The notes beneath the pieces are model-generated. The model did no database searches and had not been told where the DNA came from. It saw only the letters and a program-made list of their open reading frames with translations. This document shows, in pieces, positions 54,724-62,752 of a stretch of DNA of 64,000 nucleotides; the stretch's first letter is position 1; each line of letters starts with the position of its first letter. Made by a program: the position numbers and the translations under genes. Source of the DNA: Candidatus Binatia bacterium (lineage in GTDB: Bacteria > Desulfobacterota > Binatia > UBA9968 > JAJDTQ01); contig OY762897.2 of assembly GCA_963666515.2 (NCBI GenBank), positions 4,480,001-4,544,000 on the forward strand, read 5' to 3'.

Positions 54724-55845
54724 TTACCGCCAGACGAACTCGTAGCTCGTGCTGCGACCTCGGGCCTCGCCACGGACCAGGATGCCGCGATCAATCAGAT
54801 CGCGGATGTCTCGATTCGCCGTGTCCTGGGAACAGTGGTTCATCGTCGCCCACTTCGACGAGGTGAGTTTTCCTTCGAAACCGTCCAGAAGCCGGTTGAG
54901 GATCTTCACTTGCCGCTCGTTCAGCGAATGGTGGGAATGGGCCTCCCAAAAGCGGGCCTTTGCCAAGACGGCGGCGAGGGTACGCTGCGCGTTCTCGATC
55001 GCCCGCGTGAGGCATTCTAGAAACCAGATCTGCCAATCGGTGATATCCAAGCCGCCCTTCTGAGTTGTTTCCAGGATGTCGTAGTAGGTTTTGCGCTCCA
55101 GGCGGATTTGAGCGGACATGCTGTGGAAACGCTCGGGGCTCTCTTCCGACCGAGCCAGCGCCATGTCTGCGATGGCCCGCGCGATACGTCCGTTGCCGTC
55201 ATCGAAGGGATGAATGGTGACGAACCAGAGATGGGCGATGCCGGCGGCGAGCACGGGTTCCATCGACTGTGTGCCTTCGAACCATTCCAGGAACCTGGAT
55301 ATTTCGTCCGTGAGGCGCTCGGCCGGCGGAGCGGTATAGTGAACGCGCTGGCGGCCGACCGGACCTGAGACAACTGCCATCGGCCCGTCCGCGTCGTCGC
55401 GCCACTGGCCGACGCGAATCCGGCGCATTCCGCTGTGCCCGGTCGGGAAGAGGGCGGCGTGCCACGAAAACAGCCGCTCTTCGGTCAAGGGCGCGGCGTA
55501 GTTCCGGGTGGCGTCGAGCGCCATTTCGACGGCGCCGTCCACGTGTCGATCCACCGCTGGCAGGCCACCGATATCAAGGCCGAGGCGGGTTGCAATCGAC
55601 GAGCGAACCTGTTCGGGGGCGAGGATTTCTCCCTCGATCTCGTTAGTCTTCACGACATCCTCGGTGAGCGTGCGCAACGTGGCTTGGCTGCGCATCTCGA
55701 AGCCCAGGGCCTCCATGCGGCCAAGCAGTTTTCCCTGGATATGGCGTGCGTGCGCGAGGTGCTTGGCGAGCCGGGCCGTATCCTGCTGGAACCGCGGCCA
55801 TTCCGGGCGTTGCCAGATGTACGCAGGAGTTTCTCCGTACAACAT
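54724..55845 (-). CDS. Fic family protein (DUF4172-Fic-HTH)
   Basis: YIWQ...WP, intact HPFDDGNGRIAR motif, C-terminal S.DTA.RDI HTH. Confidence 0.9.
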   Translation of the reverse strand: MLYGETPAYIWQRPEWPRFQQDTARLAKHLAHARHIQGKLLGRMEALGFEMRSQATLRTLTEDVVKTNEIEGEILAPEQVRSSIATRLGLDIGGLPAVDRHVDGAVEMALDATRNYAAPLTEERLFSWHAALFPTGHSGMRRIRVGQWRDDADGPMAVVSGPVGRQRVHYTAPPAERLTDEISRFLEWFEGTQSMEPVLAAGIAHLWFVTIHPFDDGNGRIARAIADMALARSEESPERFHSMSAQIRLERKTYYDILETTQKGGLDITDWQIWFLECLTRAIENAQRTLAAVLAKARFWEAHSHHSLNERQVKILNRLLDGFEGKLTSSKWATMNHCSQDTANRDIRDLIDRGILVRGEARGRSTSYEFVWR

Positions 55846-55928
55846 GCGGAGAATATAGCATCCATTCTCCGCATCGACAAGCTAATCTCCGCTTTACTTG
55901 CGGAGATAAAGGGTTTCATTCTCCGCAT
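55844..55928. promoter_or_regulatory. Array of TCTCCGC/GCGGAGA boxes upstream of fic (probable operator)
   Basis: ATGCGGAGAAT (55844), ATTCTCCGCAT (55864), ATCTCCGC (55885), GCGGAGAT (55900), ATTCTCCGCAT (55918). Confidence 0.6.
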
Positions 55929-56048
55929 GATTACCTCCCCCGACGGAATGGAACACCTGCTGGGGGGCCATGATCTTACGCGTAGGACTGTTGCAATTGG
56001 TCAGTTTTAGCATTATATTTCTGACAACCACGGTTGCTGCGAATCACC

Positions 56049-56645
56049 ATGCCAAGCCTTGCCAGACAAATCACGGAGCACGCCAACCCGCTTCCGGAGG
56101 GCACGCCGATCTGCGCGGGCGCACTGCTTCATCTCGGTAGCCGAGCCGCGATCGATCAGGCTCTCTCGCGCCTCGCGCGTTCCGGGATGTTGATGCGGAT
56201 TTGCCAGGGGATCTACATGCAACCGGTCGAAACCCGGTTCGGGCGTTGCGCGCCGAGCATCGACAGGGGGATTAAGGCACTCGCGGCCCTTTGGGGCGAG
56301 ACCATTGTCCCCTCCGGTGGTGCAGCGGCGCATGTTCTCGGCCTCACGACGCAGATCCCGGTGCGGTCGGTCTATCTCACATCCGGCCCCCATCGGCGTT
56401 TGCGGTTCGGTAGTCTGGAAGTCGAATTGCGGCATGCGCCGCGCTGGCAGCTCGCGGCTTCTTATCGCAGGGCCGGCGACATCATCCGGGCTCTCGCTTG
56501 GCTTGGGCCGACCGAGATCCAAGACGGACTGAAATCTGTTCTTCCGAGCCTCTCTCAGGAGGAGACGGAGGAGCTTGCGAAGGCGCGGGCAACCATGCCG
56601 TATTGGATGGCGGAGCCCGTAAGTGCCTTGATAGCCAATGGCTGA
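56049..56645 (+). CDS. Type IV TA antitoxin, AbiEi-like (DUF6088)
   Basis: SRAAIDQALSRL...G...RI.QGIY and LGLTTQIP...YLTSG; overlaps the AbiEii gene. Confidence 0.82.
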   Translation: MPSLARQITEHANPLPEGTPICAGALLHLGSRAAIDQALSRLARSGMLMRICQGIYMQPVETRFGRCAPSIDRGIKALAALWGETIVPSGGAAAHVLGLTTQIPVRSVYLTSGPHRRLRFGSLEVELRHAPRWQLAASYRRAGDIIRALAWLGPTEIQDGLKSVLPSLSQEETEELAKARATMPYWMAEPVSALIANG

Positions 56646-57654
56646 GCTGTCGTTCCAGTCGTTGGTGCCGCGTGAAAGGCGGGAGGCGCTCAGAGTAGCG
56701 CAAGAAGCGTCCGGACTCCGGGCTTTCCTCCTGGAAAAGGATATCTGGGTCGTCCAGACGTTACGCGTCTTGTTCGACTTGCCGTTCGGTGCCGACGTGG
56801 TGTTCAAAGGCGGTACATCGCTGGCAAAGGCATACCGAGCAATCCGCCGCTTCTCAGAGGACATCGACGTCACCTACGACATTCGCGCGTTCGCACCCGA
56901 CTTGGTGACCGGTGCCGGCGCCGAGGCGCTGCCACGGACGCGAAGCCAAGAGCAACGCTGGAGCAGATCAATCCGCTCGCGTCTCGCCGAATGGGTCCGG
57001 GACGAATGCCTCCCGGCAGTCGGCGAGGCTCTTGGGCGTGCAGGCTTTGCAGCCAAGCTCCACGCCTCGGGAGACCAGTTGCTCGTTCGTTATGAGTCGT
57101 TGTTCGATGAGCCCGGATTCGTCAGGCCCGAGGTCATGGTTGAGTTTGGTGCACGTGGGACCGGCGAGCCGCACCAAAAACGTCCGGTGGCGTGCGACGC
57201 GGCGCCTCATCTCCCTGGTGTCGTTTTCCCAACCGCTTCTCCCTCTGTCATGCTGGCCGAACGTACATTCTGGGAAAAGGCGACGGCCATACACGTGTTC
57301 TGTCGCCAGCAGCGCCGCAGGGGTGAGCGACTGTCCCGACACTGGCATGACGTGGTCCGGTTGGACGTGGCTGGATACGCCAACAACGCGCTTGCCGACC
57401 ACGCGCTTGCACTTTCGGTGGCCCGACACAAGGCGGCCTTCTTCCGCGAGAAGGGTGCTGCCGGTGAGTGGATCGACTACGAGACCGCCGTTTCGGGAGG
57501 GTTGCAGTTGGTCCCGGACGGCTTCGCTCGGGACACGCTCGCCGAGGACTACGACAGGATGGTTTCCGACGGCATGCTGTTGGGCGATGCGGAAGCGTTC
57601 GATGCGCTCATCGAACGCTGCGCCGACATTGAGGCCAGGGCCAATCGGCGCTGA
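56638..57654 (+). CDS. Type IV TA toxin, AbiEii nucleotidyltransferase
   Basis: EKDIWV, FKGGTSL.K, RFSEDID, RTFWEK and SRHWHD motifs. Confidence 0.88.
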   Translation: MAELSFQSLVPRERREALRVAQEASGLRAFLLEKDIWVVQTLRVLFDLPFGADVVFKGGTSLAKAYRAIRRFSEDIDVTYDIRAFAPDLVTGAGAEALPRTRSQEQRWSRSIRSRLAEWVRDECLPAVGEALGRAGFAAKLHASGDQLLVRYESLFDEPGFVRPEVMVEFGARGTGEPHQKRPVACDAAPHLPGVVFPTASPSVMLAERTFWEKATAIHVFCRQQRRRGERLSRHWHDVVRLDVAGYANNALADHALALSVARHKAAFFREKGAAGEWIDYETAVSGGLQLVPDGFARDTLAEDYDRMVSDGMLLGDAEAFDALIERCADIEARANRR

Positions 57655-57858
57655 ACCGGATGCTGTAGCGACGTAGCGTTCACCCCGCAAAGTGAACGCT
57701 GCGGAGATAATCAGCTCTTTCTCTGGTCGTTTTCCGCTTCGTCGTCTTGCCGTAGCGCCTCCCGGTCGTAGTCGGCCGCGATATCTTCCAGAATGCCCCC
57801 TACGCAGCGAGCGCTGCCGGGGTGGACTCGTACTGAAGCGAGGGAGGAGCGGCAAAAG

Positions 57859-58032
57859 ATGAGGGTCGTCATCGACTGCAATGTCAATGACCCCGACGAT
57901 GAAGTCTATCTGGCAACCGCGATGGTTGGCGGCGCTGTTCTCATCACTGGCAACAGGCGCGACTTCACGAAATCGCGGTACGGGCCCGTCGAGGTCATCT
58001 CTCCTCGTGCATTTCTGGATCGAACAGAATGA
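57859..58032 (+). pseudogene. Internally deleted PIN-domain toxin
   Basis: MRVVIDCNV joined directly to DPDD..YL..A...LITGNRRDF; the central part of the PIN fold is missing. Confidence 0.65.
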
Positions 58033-58099
58033 GAAATGGCAATGTGCAACAGGCTGAGAGCCGGCACGGCAGGTCCTGTGAGCAATCAACTCGACTGCG

Positions 58100-58429
58100 T
58101 TACAAGGCTTCCTTGCTACGCTGAGGCGCTCGGCCGCCTTTACGCCTTCCGCCCCGCTCCCTACGAAGCCGGGCGATGTCGGCGATGACGTCTTCCATGA
58201 TCTCGTCCTCGGAGCGCCCGGCGTCCTCGGGCGAGAGCTCAATGCGGGTGAGGATGGATGCAATTTGGTCGGCGGCCGCGTTACGGTCTACCACTTCTTT
58301 GGGACGAAAAAGGATGCCATCTCCAACCACGGTTGCCTCCAAAAGATCGCCTTCATGCAGATCGAGCCCTTTGCGCAGCTTGGCCGGAATGGTGACCTGG
58401 AATTTCGGCTTTACGGTGACCAGAGACAT
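58100..58429 (-). CDS. AbrB/MazE/SpoVT family antitoxin-like protein (orphan)
   Basis: VTVKPKFQVTIPAKLRKGLDLHEGD. Confidence 0.8.
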   Translation of the reverse strand: MSLVTVKPKFQVTIPAKLRKGLDLHEGDLLEATVVGDGILFRPKEVVDRNAAADQIASILTRIELSPEDAGRSEDEIMEDVIADIARLRRERGGRRKGGRAPQRSKEAL

Positions 58430-58534
58430 GGCGAGCCTCGTGTAAGAAAGTAGTAAAGTTGTCCTATCACGGGATGCGTGGATACGCAATATCGGACCAT
58501 CCGACATGTGGTCAGGGCTCGCCCTACGGCTTGG

Positions 58535-59572
58535 CTAGGAGTCCGGCACGAGCACGGGCTTGAGCGCCTCTCCGTCCCGGATGAGTTCAAACCCGCGCGG
58601 CGCTTCGGACAGCGGCAGGACGTGGCTCCGGACCGGGGCGAGGTCGACGGCGCCAGCCGCCAGCAATTCGGTGGCACGTTGCCAGGTCTGCCAGATCTGC
58701 CGGCCGTGGATGTTGTGCATCACCGGGCATTTCAGCAGCCAATAGGTGAAGTCCACGGGGATGGCTGACGGCGGCGCGCCCACCAGCCGGAAGTCGCCGC
58801 CCTTGGCGAGGGAGGTGAAGACGGCGTTGAATCCGGCTTCGGTGCCCGATAGCTCCATCCCCACGTCGGCACCAGCGCCGCCGGTCATGTCGCCCACCAC
58901 GCCCGCCAAGTCCTCGCTGCCGGCATCCACCGCGCGGTCGGCGCCCATGGTCTCGGCGGCGCGGAGACGGAGCGGGTTGATGTCGCAGGCGATGATCCTG
59001 CCGGCGCCCAGGGCGCGCGCCACCGCCACCGCCATGAGCCCGATGGGTCCGCATCCGTTCACCAGCACCGACAGCCCTGAAACGCCGGCGCCCGCGAGGC
59101 AGGCGTGGACGGCAATGCCGAACGGCTCCAGCATGGCCGCGGTCTCGTGCGGAAGGCCGGGCGGATTCACCCAGGCGATGGAGGCGGGGACGGTCAGGTA
59201 CTCGGCGAACGCGCCGTCGATGTCGATGCCCGGGTAGCGGGTGTTCTCGCAAAGGTGGGCGCGTCCGAGCCGGCAGGAGCGGCAATTGCCGCAGAAGATG
59301 TGACTTTCGAGGCTGACCCGGTCGCCCGCCGCAATACCTTCCACCCCCGGACCGGCGGCCTCGACCGTGCCCGAGACCTCGTGACCCAGGACCCGCGGCA
59401 GGACCATCCGGCGCGCCATGCGCGGCGCCCAGTTGTAGATCTGCAAGTCGGTGCCGCAGATCCCGGCGGCGCCCACCCGGATCAATATCTCGCCGGGGCC
59501 GGGTTCGCGCGGCTCCGTCTCGCGGAGCGCGATGCCGCCCGCCTCGGGAGCGATCTTCTGAAGGCTCAGCAA
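58535..59572 (-). CDS. Zn-dependent MDR dehydrogenase (threonine dehydrogenase-like)
   Basis: GICGTD, GHE, ESHIFCGNCRSC and GCGPIG motifs. Confidence 0.88.
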   Translation of the reverse strand: MLSLQKIAPEAGGIALRETEPREPGPGEILIRVGAAGICGTDLQIYNWAPRMARRMVLPRVLGHEVSGTVEAAGPGVEGIAAGDRVSLESHIFCGNCRSCRLGRAHLCENTRYPGIDIDGAFAEYLTVPASIAWVNPPGLPHETAAMLEPFGIAVHACLAGAGVSGLSVLVNGCGPIGLMAVAVARALGAGRIIACDINPLRLRAAETMGADRAVDAGSEDLAGVVGDMTGGAGADVGMELSGTEAGFNAVFTSLAKGGDFRLVGAPPSAIPVDFTYWLLKCPVMHNIHGRQIWQTWQRATELLAAGAVDLAPVRSHVLPLSEAPRGFELIRDGEALKPVLVPDS

Positions 59573-59591
59573 GGGAGCTCTCTACAAGTGG

Positions 59592-60113
59592 CTACAGGTG
59601 GTAGATGTCCACCGGCCCTTCGAGCCGGTCGTCGATGAAGGTGATCTTCTTGCGCGCGATCCTGAGCGCGCCGTCGATGCGCCGGAACGCGAAGTCGTAG
59701 CGGCTGCCGCGGGTCGCCGCCCCCTTCTTGCCGTAGACGTGCACGAGGCAGTTGGCGGTGGCCTCCACCGCGTCTCCCTCCGCGCTCTCCACCAGCACGT
59801 TGCCGATGACGTGCACTGTGCGGTCGAGGGGAAGCGAAGCCCAGGACTGGCGCGACTCGATGCGGAACACCCGGTCTTCGAGCCGGCCGCGGTCCTTGAG
59901 ATAGATCAGGTTGAGCTGGGTCTCGGGATCGGTGGTGGTCTCTTCCTCGCTGGCCCAGGCCGGCGCCCAGTACACGGCATCCTCGGCGTAGAGTTCGAGC
60001 CACTCCTTCCAGCGGCGCCGGTCCAGCAGCATGGCCTCGCGGTTGATCAGCGCCGCCACCTCCCGCTCCAGCCCGGCGTCGATGCCGTTCGTGCTCATCC
60101 CGTCCGTGCTCAT
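59592..60113 (-). CDS. Aromatic ring-hydroxylating dioxygenase beta subunit
   Basis: REA.LLD...W.EWL, LEDRV.RI, RT.H...NV and I.RK motifs; BenB/AntB-like. Confidence 0.88.
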   Translation of the reverse strand: MSTDGMSTNGIDAGLEREVAALINREAMLLDRRRWKEWLELYAEDAVYWAPAWASEEETTTDPETQLNLIYLKDRGRLEDRVFRIESRQSWASLPLDRTVHVIGNVLVESAEGDAVEATANCLVHVYGKKGAATRGSRYDFAFRRIDGALRIARKKITFIDDRLEGPVDIYHL

Positions 60114-61450
60114 CCAGCGCCCGTCCCGTTCTCCAGCCGATCGAGCCAGGCGCGGTAGAAACCGAGGAACATTCCCTCGTGCTCCCAGTCGGGGCAGGAC
60201 GCCGCCGGCTCGAAGCCCAGGTCACGGGCGTCGCGGTCGGGGCCGGCGACCATGTCGGACAGGCCGCGGGTCATGTCGTTCCACTGGCTCGGCGGTCCCG
60301 AAGAGCCGTCCTGGACGGCTTCGAGCGCGGCGGCGTCGTCCGACGTCGCCATCCCGGCGGTCAGGTAGAAGTCCTCGAATTTCCTCAAGCGCGCGGCCCG
60401 CGCCGCCGGACTCTCTCCCCTGGGGGCGATGCAGTAGACCGAGACCTCGGTCAAACCGGGCGAGACGGGCTTCACCAGCCGGATCTGCGTCGACGGGTTG
60501 TCCATCAGCATGACGTTGGGAAAGAGATACAGGTTGCGGCCCCTGTTGAGGATCCAGTCCACCTCCGCCGGCTTGAGGTTCTCTTCGAGCCACCCCCGCG
60601 CCTCGTAGATCGGGCGGACGTGCGGCGTGGTGTGGAGCGCCCACAGCCCCATGTGCCCGTTGCCCATGTCGTAGGTGCCGCTGGGCACCTTGCCCTTGAT
60701 GCGCCCGGACTCGGTCCGCCCCATCCCGGCCGTGCGGTCCCGAGCTTCGCGTTGGGCCGTGGTGGAGGCGAACACGCTGTGGAGGGTGGTCACGTGGTAA
60801 CCGTCAACGCTGTTCTCGGACTGGAGCTTCCAGTTGCCGTGGACCACGTAGGTGGAGCAGCCTGGCACGACTTCCAGCCCGTTCTGCGCCTGGTCGGCCA
60901 GCAGGTCGATCCAGCGCGCCGCGGCCGCCAGGTGGTCCCGGAGCGCGGGCACGTCGCTTCTCAGGCTCCCGAACACGAACCCCTTGTACGAGTCCAGGGC
61001 GCCGATCCGGCGGAGGTCGAAGCGTCCGCCCGAGCGTTCCGTAGCTGCGTAGCCCAATTCCTCGTTCTTGATCCGGGTGCATCGGCCGCCGCGGTCGTAC
61101 ACCCAGCCGTGGAAACGGCAGGTGAGGACATTGACGTTCCCCTGCTTGAGCGGGGTCAGCACCGCGCCCCGGTGGGAGCAGGCGTTGATGAAGCAGCCGA
61201 GCGACCCATCCGTCTGGCGCATCACGTAGACCGGCTGTCTGCCAATTTCCGTCGCCCAATAGTCGCCCGGCTTCGCCACCTGGCTCTCGTGGCAGAGAAA
61301 CACCCACCCACCCTCGAAGATGCGCTCGATCTCCGCCTCGAAGACCGCCCCGTCGGTGTAGACCGCCCGGTCGACACGAAAGACTCCTTCGTCGACCCGG
61401 TCATCCAACAGGTGTCGGAAGCGGCTTGGTTCTGCGGTGCCGTTCATCAC
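60110..61450 (-). CDS. Rieske aromatic ring-hydroxylating dioxygenase alpha subunit (benzoate/anthranilate type)
   Basis: Rieske motif CSHRG...CRFHGW; mononuclear Fe site ENSVDGYH....H and GMATSDD. Confidence 0.9.
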   Translation of the reverse strand: MMNGTAEPSRFRHLLDDRVDEGVFRVDRAVYTDGAVFEAEIERIFEGGWVFLCHESQVAKPGDYWATEIGRQPVYVMRQTDGSLGCFINACSHRGAVLTPLKQGNVNVLTCRFHGWVYDRGGRCTRIKNEELGYAATERSGGRFDLRRIGALDSYKGFVFGSLRSDVPALRDHLAAAARWIDLLADQAQNGLEVVPGCSTYVVHGNWKLQSENSVDGYHVTTLHSVFASTTAQREARDRTAGMGRTESGRIKGKVPSGTYDMGNGHMGLWALHTTPHVRPIYEARGWLEENLKPAEVDWILNRGRNLYLFPNVMLMDNPSTQIRLVKPVSPGLTEVSVYCIAPRGESPAARAARLRKFEDFYLTAGMATSDDAAALEAVQDGSSGPPSQWNDMTRGLSDMVAGPDRDARDLGFEPAASCPDWEHEGMFLGFYRAWLDRLENGTGAG

Positions 61451-61597
61451 ATTCCTCGTTCGACGAAAACTATAGGAGGTCGTCAGCCGAATCAAGGACC
61501 GACTCGATTGACGCCGGTCAGCGTCAGGACGCTCAGCGTTGGCTGGAGAATTATTCTACTTTGATAAGGTGACGGAAAAAGCTACTTTGTTGGAGTC

Positions 61598-62398
61598 ATG
61601 TATGCTTCTACTGCCCCCCGTGCTCGCGACGTAATTGCGGACTTGGCAGCCGGTGGCCGGTATCACTTTACCTTGGCCGAGTTTCGATTGACGCTGGGCG
61701 TCTCCGAAAACGCGGCGCGACAGGCGTTGAGCCGCCTGGCGGCGAGGGGCGAGATCGCAAGCCCGGCGCGCGGGTTCTACGTCATCGTGCCGCCCGAGTA
61801 CAGGCGGCTCCACTGCCTGCCGGCGGATCAGTTCATTCCGGCTCTCATGGAACGCCGGCGGTCGCGGTACTATGTAGGGCTCCTGTCGGCTGCACAATAC
61901 CACGGCGCGGCTCACCAACGTCCGCAAGAATTCCAGGTCATCCTTGAGAAGAACCGGCCGGCAATCACGTGCGGTTCTGTCAGGGTAGCCTTCGTCGCGC
62001 GCCGGAACATGGGTGTCGTGCCGGTGCAGAGCTTCAACAATCCGCGCGGACCGGTTCTTGTCTCGACCGTCGAAGCGACGGCGGTGGACCTTGTCGGATA
62101 CATGCTCCGTGCCGGCGGATTGGATCGGACCGCCGGCGTTCTCTCGGAACTCGGCGAGGACATGGACCCGAAGCGCCTCGTCGACGCATCGAAGACCGCG
62201 TCGATCCTGTGGGCCCAGCGTCTGGGCTACCTCCTCGAACACGTCGGAGCCGGAGACAAAGCCGTTCTGCTCAAGGACCACGTGCAAAAGACCGCGCGGA
62301 ACTTCACGAAACTGCTGCCGGGTGTAAGTGCAGATGGTGCACCGCGGTCGAATGACTGGCGGCTTCACATCAACGCCGATGTCGAGACGGAAGCGTGA
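61598..62398 (+). CDS. Type IV TA antitoxin, AbiEi family
   Basis: GRYHF, RGFYVIVPPEY, YYVGLLSAA..HGAAHQ.PQ and QRLGYLL motifs. Confidence 0.85.
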   Translation: MYASTAPRARDVIADLAAGGRYHFTLAEFRLTLGVSENAARQALSRLAARGEIASPARGFYVIVPPEYRRLHCLPADQFIPALMERRRSRYYVGLLSAAQYHGAAHQRPQEFQVILEKNRPAITCGSVRVAFVARRNMGVVPVQSFNNPRGPVLVSTVEATAVDLVGYMLRAGGLDRTAGVLSELGEDMDPKRLVDASKTASILWAQRLGYLLEHVGAGDKAVLLKDHVQKTARNFTKLLPGVSADGAPRSNDWRLHINADVETEA

Positions 62399-62538
62399 TC
62401 CCGCGAGACTACATCACCGAATGGCGGGGGCGGGCGCCATGGAGCGAGGATTTCCAGGTCGAGCAGGACCTGATCATCAGCCGTGCCTTGGTCGAGATAT
62501 TCTCCGATCCGATCCTGGCCGGAGCACTGGCGCTCCGA
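62395..62538 (+). pseudogene. Truncated AbiEii toxin
   Basis: MIPRDYITEWR..APW....QVEQDLIISRAL...ALR; homology ends just before the expected GGTAL motif. Confidence 0.75.
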
Positions 62539-62569
62539 ACTCCATCTCGCCCGCCGCCGCCACCGCGAC

Positions 62570-62687
62570 CTGACAAATGGACCGCAACCGGTGATGACAT
62601 TCTCGCCAAGAACCAAAGGGCTCGAAACAAGGTGGCCGAAGTTGTGGCCTCATGATAAATTCAACCCATTTGTGACGCTGATATTGG
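62570..62687 (+). mobile_element. Possible IS630-family right-end remnant
   Basis: KWTATGDDILAKNQRAR resembles the IS630 transposase C-terminus (WT.TAD.ILAK..RAR), followed by a TTTGTGACGCT.. end-like sequence. Confidence 0.4.
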
Positions 62688-62752
62688 CATTCGAATGGTA
62701 GAAGCTCGTCCGTCGCTCCAAGGCCGAGCCTTGCCGTGGGACCTCTGACGGA

